A DNA stretch of 64,000 nucleotides from Trypanosoma brucei (Eukaryota): contig CM000208.1 in assembly GCA_000002445.1 (NCBI GenBank), positions 448,001 through 512,000 on the forward strand, given 5' to 3'. The notes beneath the pieces were generated by a model that did not search any database, was not told the origin of the DNA, and worked only from the letters and a program-made list of their open reading frames with translations. Each line of letters begins with the position of its first letter. The first letter of the stretch is position 1. Made by a program: the position numbers and the translations under genes. Positions 43,101 to 52,600 of the stretch are shown here, piece by piece.

Positions 43101-44922
43101 CCTGCTCATCAACGAAGAGACGTCGAGTGTAAGTTGGGCATCAGGTTATTTCTGTGATTGTCCACCGGGTTGCAACGATCGCCTCCTTGGAAGTTCGCAG
43201 TTCTCCCTCCAACTTGGGGAATTTCCACCGGGGTTGAAGAAGGTAAACATTTTGCTGGGTCTTCATCAACTGGATCCACGGACGACCGTACTACGTGACA
43301 AAGAGGCTGTCGCATCCTACCGTACGGGAGTCGGCCTAGAGGTCGTGGGCACTGCCGACAACACTGTTTGGCTGACTGATTTCTCCAAAGCAGAGGTGCT
43401 GAGCCGTCTGGAACCGTGCATGAAACGAGACGCGCTTTGCCCTTTGACTGTGAGCCTTGACAGCGTCGGAGGAAACAAGCTTCTAACCCTCGTTGTGTTT
43501 AAGGAGGAGATGCGCGCTCCCCACGTGCCATTTCTGCTTTCTGCTTGGTCAGAAACTTGTAAAGTTAATGTTGTGGCTGTGGAACGAAATGCTGCGGTTA
43601 CTGTTTGCGACGAATGGCCTCGTGAATTTGCGATAGGTGGTCCCTCGTCTCCGTTTTGGAGAGATTGTCCACAATATTTCATTTATCCAAGTGATACTAC
43701 AGACATCAACTTTTCCCTCAAGCAGGAGTTGGCCTCCGGTGAAATACCCAAGCCAATTGGCTTCACTGTTCACGATGCTAGAGCGTGCCGAAGCTACTTG
43801 GAGTACAACCCCGAGACCGTCATTCTCTCAGTGGCGGCGAATGCATCCCATAAAGTCGAAGGCACCGTTCGTCTTCTCGGTATGAAGGCAAGGAGGGGAA
43901 TGCCTTATATCATTGTCCCCTTCTGCACGGAGGCTGCTCCTGGGGGGTCGTTTACCCTAGAAGCCGTTGCCAATCGGTTTGTAAAGTTGTGCCGCATAAA
44001 CCCGCAGCTGGACTGGTGTCGTGTGACGAAACATGCCTCATTCATGCTCTCCGATGGGAGTGTTGGGGGGTCGTTGCGTTTTTCGTCATGGCGCAGTAGT
44101 CCGCAATTCGCCTTTACCTTCCCGGTTGGTGGGAAAGGTAGATTGCTTGTTTCTCTTTCTAATGACGACGCGGTCGATACGCGGACTGAAGTCGGCATGA
44201 CTCTCCTACTGGGTGATAGGCAATGGGATGAGGGCAAGCGGAGGAAGTTAGTCGTCTCACAGGGGGACATCATAGCGTGCTCGGAGGAGAACATTGGCCG
44301 TTCTACATTGGACTGTGAGATTGATGTGGAACCCGAGCAGACGCTCATTTTGGTTGTGTACGCCAGTCTCCCGTACCGCGGAGCAGACGTCACTTTCACG
44401 GCGTACTCCGCTTTGCCTGTTGAAGTGGAGCCGGTGAAGGAATGGGAGTACGTTGTTATGGCTCAGGGAAGTTGGGAACTTGGTTACACGGCTGGGGGTG
44501 GTGCTGAAGAGTTCGGTAGCTGGGTGAACAATCCTTTTGTGGCGCTGAATACTTTCCGCCGTACGCAAATTGTAGCTCTCCTTCTTCAGTATCCTCGTGG
44601 TCCAGAGAAACCAGTGGTAAAGCGCGCTGGTAATAAAAAGGCATTTTTACCCCCCGTCATTGTAAACCCAAACAACCGCATGGAGATTGCTATCGACCTA
44701 AACTGTCAGGACGAGAACATGACGAGGATCGCTACCACTCCCTATACACGGAACAGCGAAGTGGCCCTGGTGGCTAATGTCCCTGCGGCAGACTCACTTC
44801 CGTTCGTGTTTGTTCCGCACACAAAGTACCCTGAGGGTAATGGAGAGTACAAATTGTTTGTTTACGCTGATTCTCTTGTGGAGCTTTACCCGTTGGAAAA
44901 GAAGCGCGTGCCGTACGTTTGA
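40138..44922 (+). CDS. Kinetoplastid calpain-like cysteine peptidase family protein (1594 aa): N-terminal RNI-type LRR domain, repeated calpain domain-III-like modules, calpain catalytic-like core apparently lacking the canonical active-site Cys motif
   Basis: Track ORF starts at TTG 40132; ATG 40138. LRRs in residues ~40-150 (LNLSNNMLEHEELEHLVYCLALHPSVEEVVLANNCFHD...). The calpain core region FVDRDFPRGGSSLFLDPDAKPP and following block align to calpain domain II, but the QGxxGDCW motif is absent. Multiple domain-III-like beta-sandwich repeats. Confidence 0.8.
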   Translation: MATTLDDLYQYYCRRKGCKANSCFSRYLIEEFERQGQKRVLETVDLSLNYVGRKGIIPVLDLVKNVKTIKKLNLSNNMLEHEELEHLVYCLALHPSVEEVVLANNCFHDASVKVILDLLELNGGITTFDVDGNEISAASVATIGEQLEKNRARRAERESDASHPSLRRWSKAQIEGSIDELNSGGHIHFGTWWKNPQYFMRTSAGSQVRIVMDVEDAKEARQVGFFVFRSSGQYRVVELSEGVIAGESACDHSHCYLTMSVEENETYSVMPYTFYPSRSVGFRLTAEMCSDDALSSRGWITLEPVDPAVDWCLSTLDGEWTEESAGGSHLEHTWCRNHMIRVQYAGSVLTHRMAAPATLIVKLSKGVDPDVNDEKSIGFHVLTPDTEEALLPPIFCKDECVKCFCPHERTTTISASFAVSCTALQLFIAPSTLNPGQVGSYNVTVFSSVPVTLSSSAFPHGWHYRKVGGSWDEYNCGGSRNASMSWKANPSIGLSVDSSQEPSDFTVFLEAASPALPLVVQEAAVGDGACSRSATPAPGESQEEDPDLVEFLRRHKAHLMEACVSVIEAKSPLYRELLTSGYTNGSFARLMVPGLNKPFLLLVSTRHAGQLGTFALHIFSHRPFVTDGVESLLAREREVHLQQYALENEKRRTLLSAAKTQQISFDGSEDVVVVRNEIIRQCMITGEKFVDRDFPRGGSSLFLDPDAKPPPMFPKETHWKRPTELMEKVVFLPDWKCDAPFPYSRREWFASVVHAIATKPLWLQNVAVGYNEGEGMAQFRFFKDGKWKVVTIDDYLLFDSTMDLCMGRPGKDSADIFFPLIEKAYAKAHRCYETLEPKVTPELGFLELVCQGLMDLSGCATINIPLIGSVRMPQEQQDVIWMEMKNAVKPNVLCSLLVRGDSNGASERRGRGILVDHIYPVLDARFLEGYRLVKLRHWGQPEEINLCSKWRSSSDKWTDTIRQTLEFREDDRETFWLSFDEVLYYFTNLLINEETSSVSWASGYFCDCPPGCNDRLLGSSQFSLQLGEFPPGLKKVNILLGLHQLDPRTTVLRDKEAVASYRTGVGLEVVGTADNTVWLTDFSKAEVLSRLEPCMKRDALCPLTVSLDSVGGNKLLTLVVFKEEMRAPHVPFLLSAWSETCKVNVVAVERNAAVTVCDEWPREFAIGGPSSPFWRDCPQYFIYPSDTTDINFSLKQELASGEIPKPIGFTVHDARACRSYLEYNPETVILSVAANASHKVEGTVRLLGMKARRGMPYIIVPFCTEAAPGGSFTLEAVANRFVKLCRINPQLDWCRVTKHASFMLSDGSVGGSLRFSSWRSSPQFAFTFPVGGKGRLLVSLSNDDAVDTRTEVGMTLLLGDRQWDEGKRRKLVVSQGDIIACSEENIGRSTLDCEIDVEPEQTLILVVYASLPYRGADVTFTAYSALPVEVEPVKEWEYVVMAQGSWELGYTAGGGAEEFGSWVNNPFVALNTFRRTQIVALLLQYPRGPEKPVVKRAGNKKAFLPPVIVNPNNRMEIAIDLNCQDENMTRIATTPYTRNSEVALVANVPAADSLPFVFVPHTKYPEGNGEYKLFVYADSLVELYPLEKKRVPYV

Positions 44923-45475
44923 GTTGTCTGTTTGAAAATACTGGTGGCGAGTGTTTGGGGGAAAAGATTGATACTGGCGGTAGGAGGCTAGTGGTCACCG
45001 ATGAGAAGGCGATGAAATGGTGGGGGTCGGTATGTAATTTAGAAGAGGAGTGCAAGCGCTCCCGTTTGTGCCAGCGAAGGAGGAGCGTGAGCAACTGTTG
45101 GTTATGTGTTTAGATGGACGGAGTCTGATCTATACTAGATTGGGCGCCATGCTTTTGTTTACCTTTCAACTTCTGTATCCATTCTTTCTTCCTATCCTTA
45201 ATTCTACGTACCCTCTTAGGGGAGGCGAAGGGAAGTACATTTGGTACACATGTATGATTATTTACTGAGACTCTTTGGCGCTTGAAATAATCTAAGTGTA
45301 TGAAAGGACATAAGAGTGAGAAAATACGTCGTTATTGTATGCTCCATGGTTGTCTACTTCTTCCCTCTCCCTGGTATGCTGTTTCAAACTGATATATATA
45401 TATATATATGCTAGCTAGTCAATTAATTAGTTTACAAGCTGGCATTGTAGGCCACGTATAGAGATAATCGGGAAA

Positions 45476-47896
45476 ATGTTTCGGCAAACAGTTACATCAC
45501 TGGAGAAACTTGTTATTGTGGAGTCCCCCAACAAAGTCATTAAGATTGAGGGGCTTCTGAGCAATCCAAAGGTGATTCCCGACTGGTCGTTCAAGCAGGG
45601 GCACCTCAAGTGCGTAGGAATAGGTGCTGAGAAAGCAGTGGCAATGGCAACGACCGGCCACTTCATGGCTCTGAAGGAAATTACCTGGATAACACATCCC
45701 CTACCCCCATCGAGTGCAGGGGGAAAACCGCAAGAATATGATGGGGAGGCATTCCCCTCTAGCGGTACCCTTGCAGAGTACACTCTCGAGTGGGAACCGT
45801 TACCAGGCCGCCGTATCCAGGAAACACTTGAGCGCTACATCGAGGGGAAGGTAGAGAATGTGTCTGAAATTATTCTTGCAACGGACCCTGATCGTGAAGG
45901 TGAGCTAATCGCTGTCCATGCCCTTCAGACGATAAAGCGACTGTATCCGAAACTGAAGGTTCCCTTTTCACGGGCGTACATGCACAGCATTACGGAGGAT
46001 GGTATTCGTAAAGCTATGAAAGAGCGGAGTTTGAATATATGTGATTACGACCTCGCAAGTGCCGCGGAGACACGTCACGTAATGGATCGTTTTTTTGGCT
46101 TCTTAGGTAGTTCCGTGGTTCGCGCGGCCAATTCGCAGATGCGTTCAATTGGCCGTGTACAAACACCCGCACTGATTCTCATCAATGAGCGTGAGGATAA
46201 GATTAGCGCTTTCTTGGAGAGGAACAAATCAACGTTTGTAGTTGAGGCGACGTGCCAGTTTCCAGTTCCGCACGGCACAACCTTTTCCCAGGTTGTGGAC
46301 ATTCATTCAGACCGCCGAGGGGCACCGTCACAATGGAATACGGCAGCGGAGGCTAATAACTGCTTGGAGCACTGGAAGCTAGACGGTTGCCACAGTTTCA
46401 GCATTCCACACGATCCAATTGTCACCCCGTCAAAGGTTCCGCCCCCGCAGCCGCTTACGATGGCGGCGGCAATCACAAAGTTGAACCGACAGATGAAGTT
46501 AAGCAGTGAGATGGTCAGCGGTTACCTTCAGGATCTGTTTCAGCTGGGTCATATTACGTACCCCAGGACGGACAGTACGCGGATAGATGAGAGTGCATTG
46601 AAGGATATTTACAATGCCGTGAAGAAGAATTTCGGCAAGGAATTTCTGTATCGTCTTGAGGACCGACCAGCCTCAGGTGGGGATGGTAAAAGGGGGAAAA
46701 AACAAACCAAAAAAAAGACTGCAAAAAGGGGGAAAAACTCGGGGACCCCGGTGGGAAATGTCGAGGATGCTCATGAGGCAATCCGACCAACAAACATCAA
46801 CGTTCAGGGGGATTCACTGTCACTTTCCCCAGAAACGAGAGCAGTGTATGAACTTGTCCGTAGACAGACTCTGGCAGCTTTCATGATCCCACAGGTCGTT
46901 GAGAAGATTGTGGCAGACGTTAAATTTGTTAGCGGTAGCGGAGAGAAATTGACTCTCACGTTAGGTGGCAAGCGGGTAGTGGAGCCGGGATGGACGCGCG
47001 CCTTTCATAAGGGAGACTCGGGAAACTTATCTCTTCATGTCGGCGCTGAGGAGGGTGCCGATGCGGGTGATGAGGGCGCTCCCACCATGTGTTCGCTGTC
47101 CCAGGAGGAATTTTATGCTATCTTAAACCTCCGACGCGTGCTGAACTCGCCGAACCAGCAGCACCTGTTTGAGCTACGTTCTCCGACTATACGTGAGAAT
47201 CGCCCGGTTCCCCCAATGCCACACTCGGAAGGGACGCTCATTGAGGAACTGAAGAGGAATGGTGTAGGAAGACCCAGCACGTATCCCTTAATAGTCAAGA
47301 CACTCTTAGCCCGCGGTTACATTCAGGTGAATGCAAAGGGCCGCTGTGAAACGACGCCGGTGGGAAGGATGCTTGTGGAAACGGCCAAATCGACTTTCCC
47401 GTCCATAGTTGATCTTGGTTTCACAGCATCTTTTGAGAAGCAACTTGATACAGTCGCCAAGCCCCACCCCAATAAGCGACCGGCTTTCCTGCGCTCCACA
47501 AAGATTTCTCAGGCAGACTACGTGTTGTCTATGTTCCTTTCAACATTCCTCAACTACGTGTCGGAGGCTGCGTGCACTCAGCGGGCCCGCATTATCGAGC
47601 GCTCGATGCGACTGAAGCGTGATCAGGAGGGAGGCTCTGGAATAGGGGATGCAGAGTTTGAGGAGAGCGTAGTTGCAGCCAGAAGAAAAGTAACGCTGGC
47701 TTCCACGGATTTGGTGACACTTCCCAAAACATACAACAACTTCTCCACGTTGCAGCGAAACTTGAATGAATATCTTCGACACAATTTTCCACCGTCGCAG
47801 GTTAATGGCTCACCTGCTCCGTCGCCGACTGTTGATGCTCCACGTAGTCGTAGAGGTGGCGCCGGCACGTCGAGGGGTGTTGCGGGCGGTGGGTGA
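45476..47896 (+). CDS. TOPIAmt: Type IA DNA topoisomerase (806 aa), likely mitochondrially targeted
   Basis: Toprim region LVIVESPNKVIKIEG, DxD motif ATDPDREGE, active-site tyrosine motif GHITYPRTDS and a Gly/Arg-rich C-terminal tail. N-terminus MFRQTVTS resembles kinetoplastid mitochondrial presequences. Confidence 0.88.
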   Translation: MFRQTVTSLEKLVIVESPNKVIKIEGLLSNPKVIPDWSFKQGHLKCVGIGAEKAVAMATTGHFMALKEITWITHPLPPSSAGGKPQEYDGEAFPSSGTLAEYTLEWEPLPGRRIQETLERYIEGKVENVSEIILATDPDREGELIAVHALQTIKRLYPKLKVPFSRAYMHSITEDGIRKAMKERSLNICDYDLASAAETRHVMDRFFGFLGSSVVRAANSQMRSIGRVQTPALILINEREDKISAFLERNKSTFVVEATCQFPVPHGTTFSQVVDIHSDRRGAPSQWNTAAEANNCLEHWKLDGCHSFSIPHDPIVTPSKVPPPQPLTMAAAITKLNRQMKLSSEMVSGYLQDLFQLGHITYPRTDSTRIDESALKDIYNAVKKNFGKEFLYRLEDRPASGGDGKRGKKQTKKKTAKRGKNSGTPVGNVEDAHEAIRPTNINVQGDSLSLSPETRAVYELVRRQTLAAFMIPQVVEKIVADVKFVSGSGEKLTLTLGGKRVVEPGWTRAFHKGDSGNLSLHVGAEEGADAGDEGAPTMCSLSQEEFYAILNLRRVLNSPNQQHLFELRSPTIRENRPVPPMPHSEGTLIEELKRNGVGRPSTYPLIVKTLLARGYIQVNAKGRCETTPVGRMLVETAKSTFPSIVDLGFTASFEKQLDTVAKPHPNKRPAFLRSTKISQADYVLSMFLSTFLNYVSEAACTQRARIIERSMRLKRDQEGGSGIGDAEFEESVVAARRKVTLASTDLVTLPKTYNNFSTLQRNLNEYLRHNFPPSQVNGSPAPSPTVDAPRSRRGGAGTSRGVAGGG

Positions 47897-49615
47897 TCAG
47901 TAGAAAGCATCTGACCCAATGCCGCATGATCTCGGAGCGATATATCCATAGAGCAAAAAAGAGATAAAACATTCATCTTTGCTTGTGTTTTCAAAACGAG
48001 CACGTGCTTAAACGGATGGTTTGTTTCCTTCCCTCCCTTTTTTGTTTTCCCATCTCCCCCCTACACCCCCTCCCCCACATTGTACATGCCTCATGTGCGT
48101 GCCGTGTGGACGAGGGGCATTTGCCATCCCTTCACTCTATTTTCCCCCATTACTGTTTGAGTTTCAGGCGGAAGGGGAGGGAGAGGGGGATCGGGGAAAA
48201 GGGGCCGACAACATCAACACCAATCGAAATGATTTCTAAGATGGGGTAAAAATTATATAAATTAACACGAGTGATGGGAAGGAGGAGGTGCGTGCCGTGT
48301 GTAGACGAGGCGCTGCTGCATCCTCCGTTTACCAGCGACATCGGAGACACCGCATATTTTCTTAAGAAACAGGGGGAGACAGCGGCACGGGGTGTGCTGG
48401 CTTTTTGTCGCCAGTATGTTGTCCGGAAGGGGCCATTTGCGTATTCGTGATTATTTTCTTTTGTTCTTCAGTCTTTACATTTTTGTTAGATTTACTGGTA
48501 ACAATGCGTATGTGTTTCTGCGTACTCCCAATGGGGTACAATAGAGGATGTCGGTGCCAGCGGGTACATACACGTGTACATGCATATACATATATATTTA
48601 TTTATATAGGCAGGCTCATATACATGCACGAGGGCGCAAAAAGAGTCTTTATCATAAATTATTTTTGCGGCCGCCACACTTCCTTTTTTCACGTATAGAT
48701 GCACCGGGTTCTTCCCTTCTCATAGCGTGTGAGTGTTCCGAAGCACCGTTTTCGTTTTCTGGCGCCTTTTTTCCCTTTAAATTGCCATCTGAGTGCTACC
48801 TTTGCATCGTTGTTATTCTTACCACCATCAGCATGGCCATGAGACGTGGTATTACACATTTAGATGGAAGAGCGAACGGTGTGCGCCGTTTTTTTTTTTT
48901 GCTCCCTGCCCATATTACCTCTTAATTATTTGGTCGATCTCGTCCTCACTGTTTTTCTTTCTGCAGGTGATAACCGCCAGTTTGTTTCACGAAGAAATAT
49001 CCATCCGTTTACTTCTCTTTGTCTATCTCATAGCTCTGAAGTTGCGTTCTGCAACAACATCCTATATCTGTCTCATTCTCTGGTTGACTCCAGTTCAACC
49101 TTCTGGCCTAGTGGACCTTGGGAAAAGTACGTGAAGAGAGGGTTGTAAAAAGAAGAAAAGGATAAAGAAGAGTTTTATTTTTTTAAAAATTATTATTATC
49201 GGTTCGGGCAGTCGTGGCCGGGAAGGGTGGTATAGTGTACCTATTCACATTCTCGCATATACTTCTATATCGCTTCACGGGACAAACGAGGGGCGGTTGC
49301 GCTTTTGGCACCGTCAGAACCATCGTGATTGCAGCCGCTCGGTGGCAGACTACTTGGCGTGCTTGGAGTGCCTTGTCGTGTCTGAGAGTGCCATACGTCT
49401 GTTCCCTCGAGTGGCATTTTTTTTTTTGATAACGGCTAGTAGAGGCCGTTGCTCATTTACGCAAGTAGGAAAGAGGGGTTAACGTGGAGACGAAGAGGGG
49501 ACGGTGGACGGGAAGGGACGAGTTGTACCTGTGAGGCTGTGCCGTTAGCGTGTTACTTAAACACTTAGCGGGGCTGCTGTCTTGAGATTCACTGTGAGTT
49601 TGTAGTTGTATTGAT

Positions 49616-52600
49616 ATGAAGCAAGAGTTTGTTCGCCATGTTGACGCATACGATCCTCTTAGTGCTGCACAGCCTCCAGTCTTGGAGACGACCGCATCAA
49701 CCCTTGTGTCGGACAAACCTCCTAACGACAGTTTCGATGTGGACGTGAACAATAGGCCGAACGTTGAAAGGTGCTTTTCCCCCAACCTGTTGGGTCAGCC
49801 TTGTCCTGTTGTATCGAACGGAGACTCATCGAGGAGGCAAGCGACATCCGGCTTTGGCGCATGTGGCGTAGAAATCCACCTGGCCGAGCCGAGCGTGTGC
49901 TCCACCAGGGATTCACAAGTGTTCGCGGAGACGCACGGTTCTCGGTTCATGCGCGGTATTGAACTTCTTGATCGCCTTCCGCATGAAGAGTCAAGGGATG
50001 ATTGCCAAGAGGAAATGGCAAGTGTGTCTGGTGCTCCTCGAAATCACACAAAACCGCAGCCTGAGCAGCAGCAACGGTTAAACCATGAAGAGTTAAGAAG
50101 CCCTCTTAGTGTCCACAGTGTTTGCGTGTGGGAAGTCGATGCACCACGGGATAACAGGATCGTGATAACGGAGGAAACTGAACCAGGCTGGGAACAACCC
50201 GATTCACAGCGGGACGCTGCGCTGCAACAGTTGCTGTGTGACGCTTCGAAGGCTCGTGGTATTAAGCTAACGTGGTTGCTGTGTGGCTTGCTGTTACCTT
50301 TCATGCTCGTGCTCATATCGATGGTGGTGGGAACTGAGTTGCTGTTGAATGTCAAAGTGGCTGAGCCAAGGAAGGATGTCATAAAATTGTCGACCAGGTT
50401 GACACTCAGCCGGTTAAAGGATATGTACTATGATATAAGGAGGATGTCACAGGTTTCTGAAGTAGCTAGGGCCTCATCTAAGGTTGCAGAAAAGCGCGCA
50501 GCACTAGATTCAGTGTGTTCTTTTCTCCGAGGTGCACCAGTAGTCCTTGCCACATACAGTGGTGTAAACGCGTCACTTACGTGGACGCACAACTGCTCTG
50601 CAGGGGATCAGACTGATATAGCGCTTCCATCCACTATGCGTCTCAGTGATCCAACATCCCCTACGCCGCGCATATCGAGATATCGATCTGACTTGCTCAT
50701 TGTGACCGAAAAGTACGGCCCCGAAGCCGATGTGTTCGTAGTGATTCTACGAAGAGACATCACAGGCCTGATGTTGTTGGGTCACTCTCTAGTCGACGAC
50801 TTTACGACGGGGATAAGCCCGTTGGTTGCCATTTTGTTGCCTAGCTTTTCCTCTTCAAGGCTCACCGTCAGTTTGTACAACAATGCCCAATGGCTTGAAG
50901 ACGCCAACCCACAGAATAACCCTCATGATGATGAAGTTCTTCTATTATTCGAAGAATGGTGTTCGTCGGGGGACACACACACATGGCACAGCGTGGGGCG
51001 ACTCCTGCCAGGGGGTTTAGCCAACACAACTGTGGGAGAAGATGTGGCACACTTTCCAGCTCCAGTTCCCCGTCTGGCGGGTGGAGGTTTTTTCAGTGTC
51101 ACCCCCCCTCTGGTGATGTGCAGTACATTTTGCGTAGATGGTACCTCCAACACCTGCGGGAAAGATAACCCCAGCAGTGTGTGGCTTGTTACTTACGGCT
51201 CGTCATCATACCGTGGTCTGGATGGTCTATTGACAACTGCGATGGTGGTTGGTTACACCGGTGCAGTTCTGTTTATGGTAATGTTGTGCTTCGCCTACAT
51301 CAGCATAGATGCCCCCGTTAGTTACCTTAAATCCCTTATTTTTTCTGCTGCCGGGGGGACGGAACGACGCAAAGAGTGGGACCACACCGTGCATGGTTGG
51401 CGTAAGATCTGGCTCGGGGATCTTCGTGCACTAGTGAATACATTTCAAATACTTGCTCTATGTTTTCGATTGAACAAGAAGTACGTGCCCCAGCATATCT
51501 TGGAGAAGCAAGTAAAGAACTTGCTAGATGTGAAGGATAAAATATGCTCCGCTGACACGGATGGGGAGGCGGCGGTGGAAGTCGCCGAGGGGAGGCACAA
51601 TGATGACGATGATGCTGTAGATGACAAGGCGAACGTAGGGGCGTTCGTTTGTGCCGCTACTGTTGCGGATGTCAAATCGAGCATCAGCAAACGAATGTGC
51701 CAGGGGTCTCAGTCGGTTACGTCGCTCAACAGAATACAACCTCTGTGTGGGGTGGGGGACTTACAAGCAACGGATATTGCTGTTGAATCAGGACGGGCAG
51801 CCGCGCTTTCGGGCGCTGCGGACGGCAGGGAACCGGTCAACCGTGGCATGATCCTTGTGGAAAATGCAACTATTCTCACTGTGCACCTTCCCGCAGTGGA
51901 GACAGCGTATTTCACCGATTTTGGGCTTGCTGTTGAGCAACACCGCCACATTATGGCACTTCTTCTGCGCAGTGTTCGGCAGTACCGAGGTGAGCTGTTT
52001 CAACGTAGTGGCGAATGTATTTCTGCTGCGTGGAATGCTTTCGATGGTTGCGCTGACCACGCCATACGGGCGGCGGCTTGCGCTCTTAGAATATTGGATC
52101 GACTAGAAGCCTATCGCCGCGCTGGATTCCGTGTGGGCATCGTGCTCCACCAAGGTCCATTTGTGTGTGGCGTTGTGGAGGATCGTGCGGAGGCTTTCAC
52201 AACCGTGTTTGGTTCTGTCCCACGGCAGGCGATCGTGTTCAGCGAGTTGGCCGCGTCGCTAACGGTTTTTGACGTTCTGATCTCTGAACCAGTCAAGGAG
52301 TCGCTTTCTTCCCACTACGAGTGTATCATGGTGGACGTAATAAAATATCATGAGGACGATCCCCCAATTACACTGTATGAGTTAAGCAAGGAGCGACAAC
52401 TACCGATGACAAAAGGAATGCCCCGGGGCCCATCAGCTTTTGCGGAGGAGCATGCACGTGTGTTTTTCAACTTTCGAAACCACGAATTTGGCTTGGCTCT
52501 GGCCGGCATCGAAAAGATGAAAAGAAGCTTTTCCAAGACAGAGTTACGTCTCCTGTGGCGGATTGAGCAACTCTGTAAATACTACATGCACCATGAGAAG

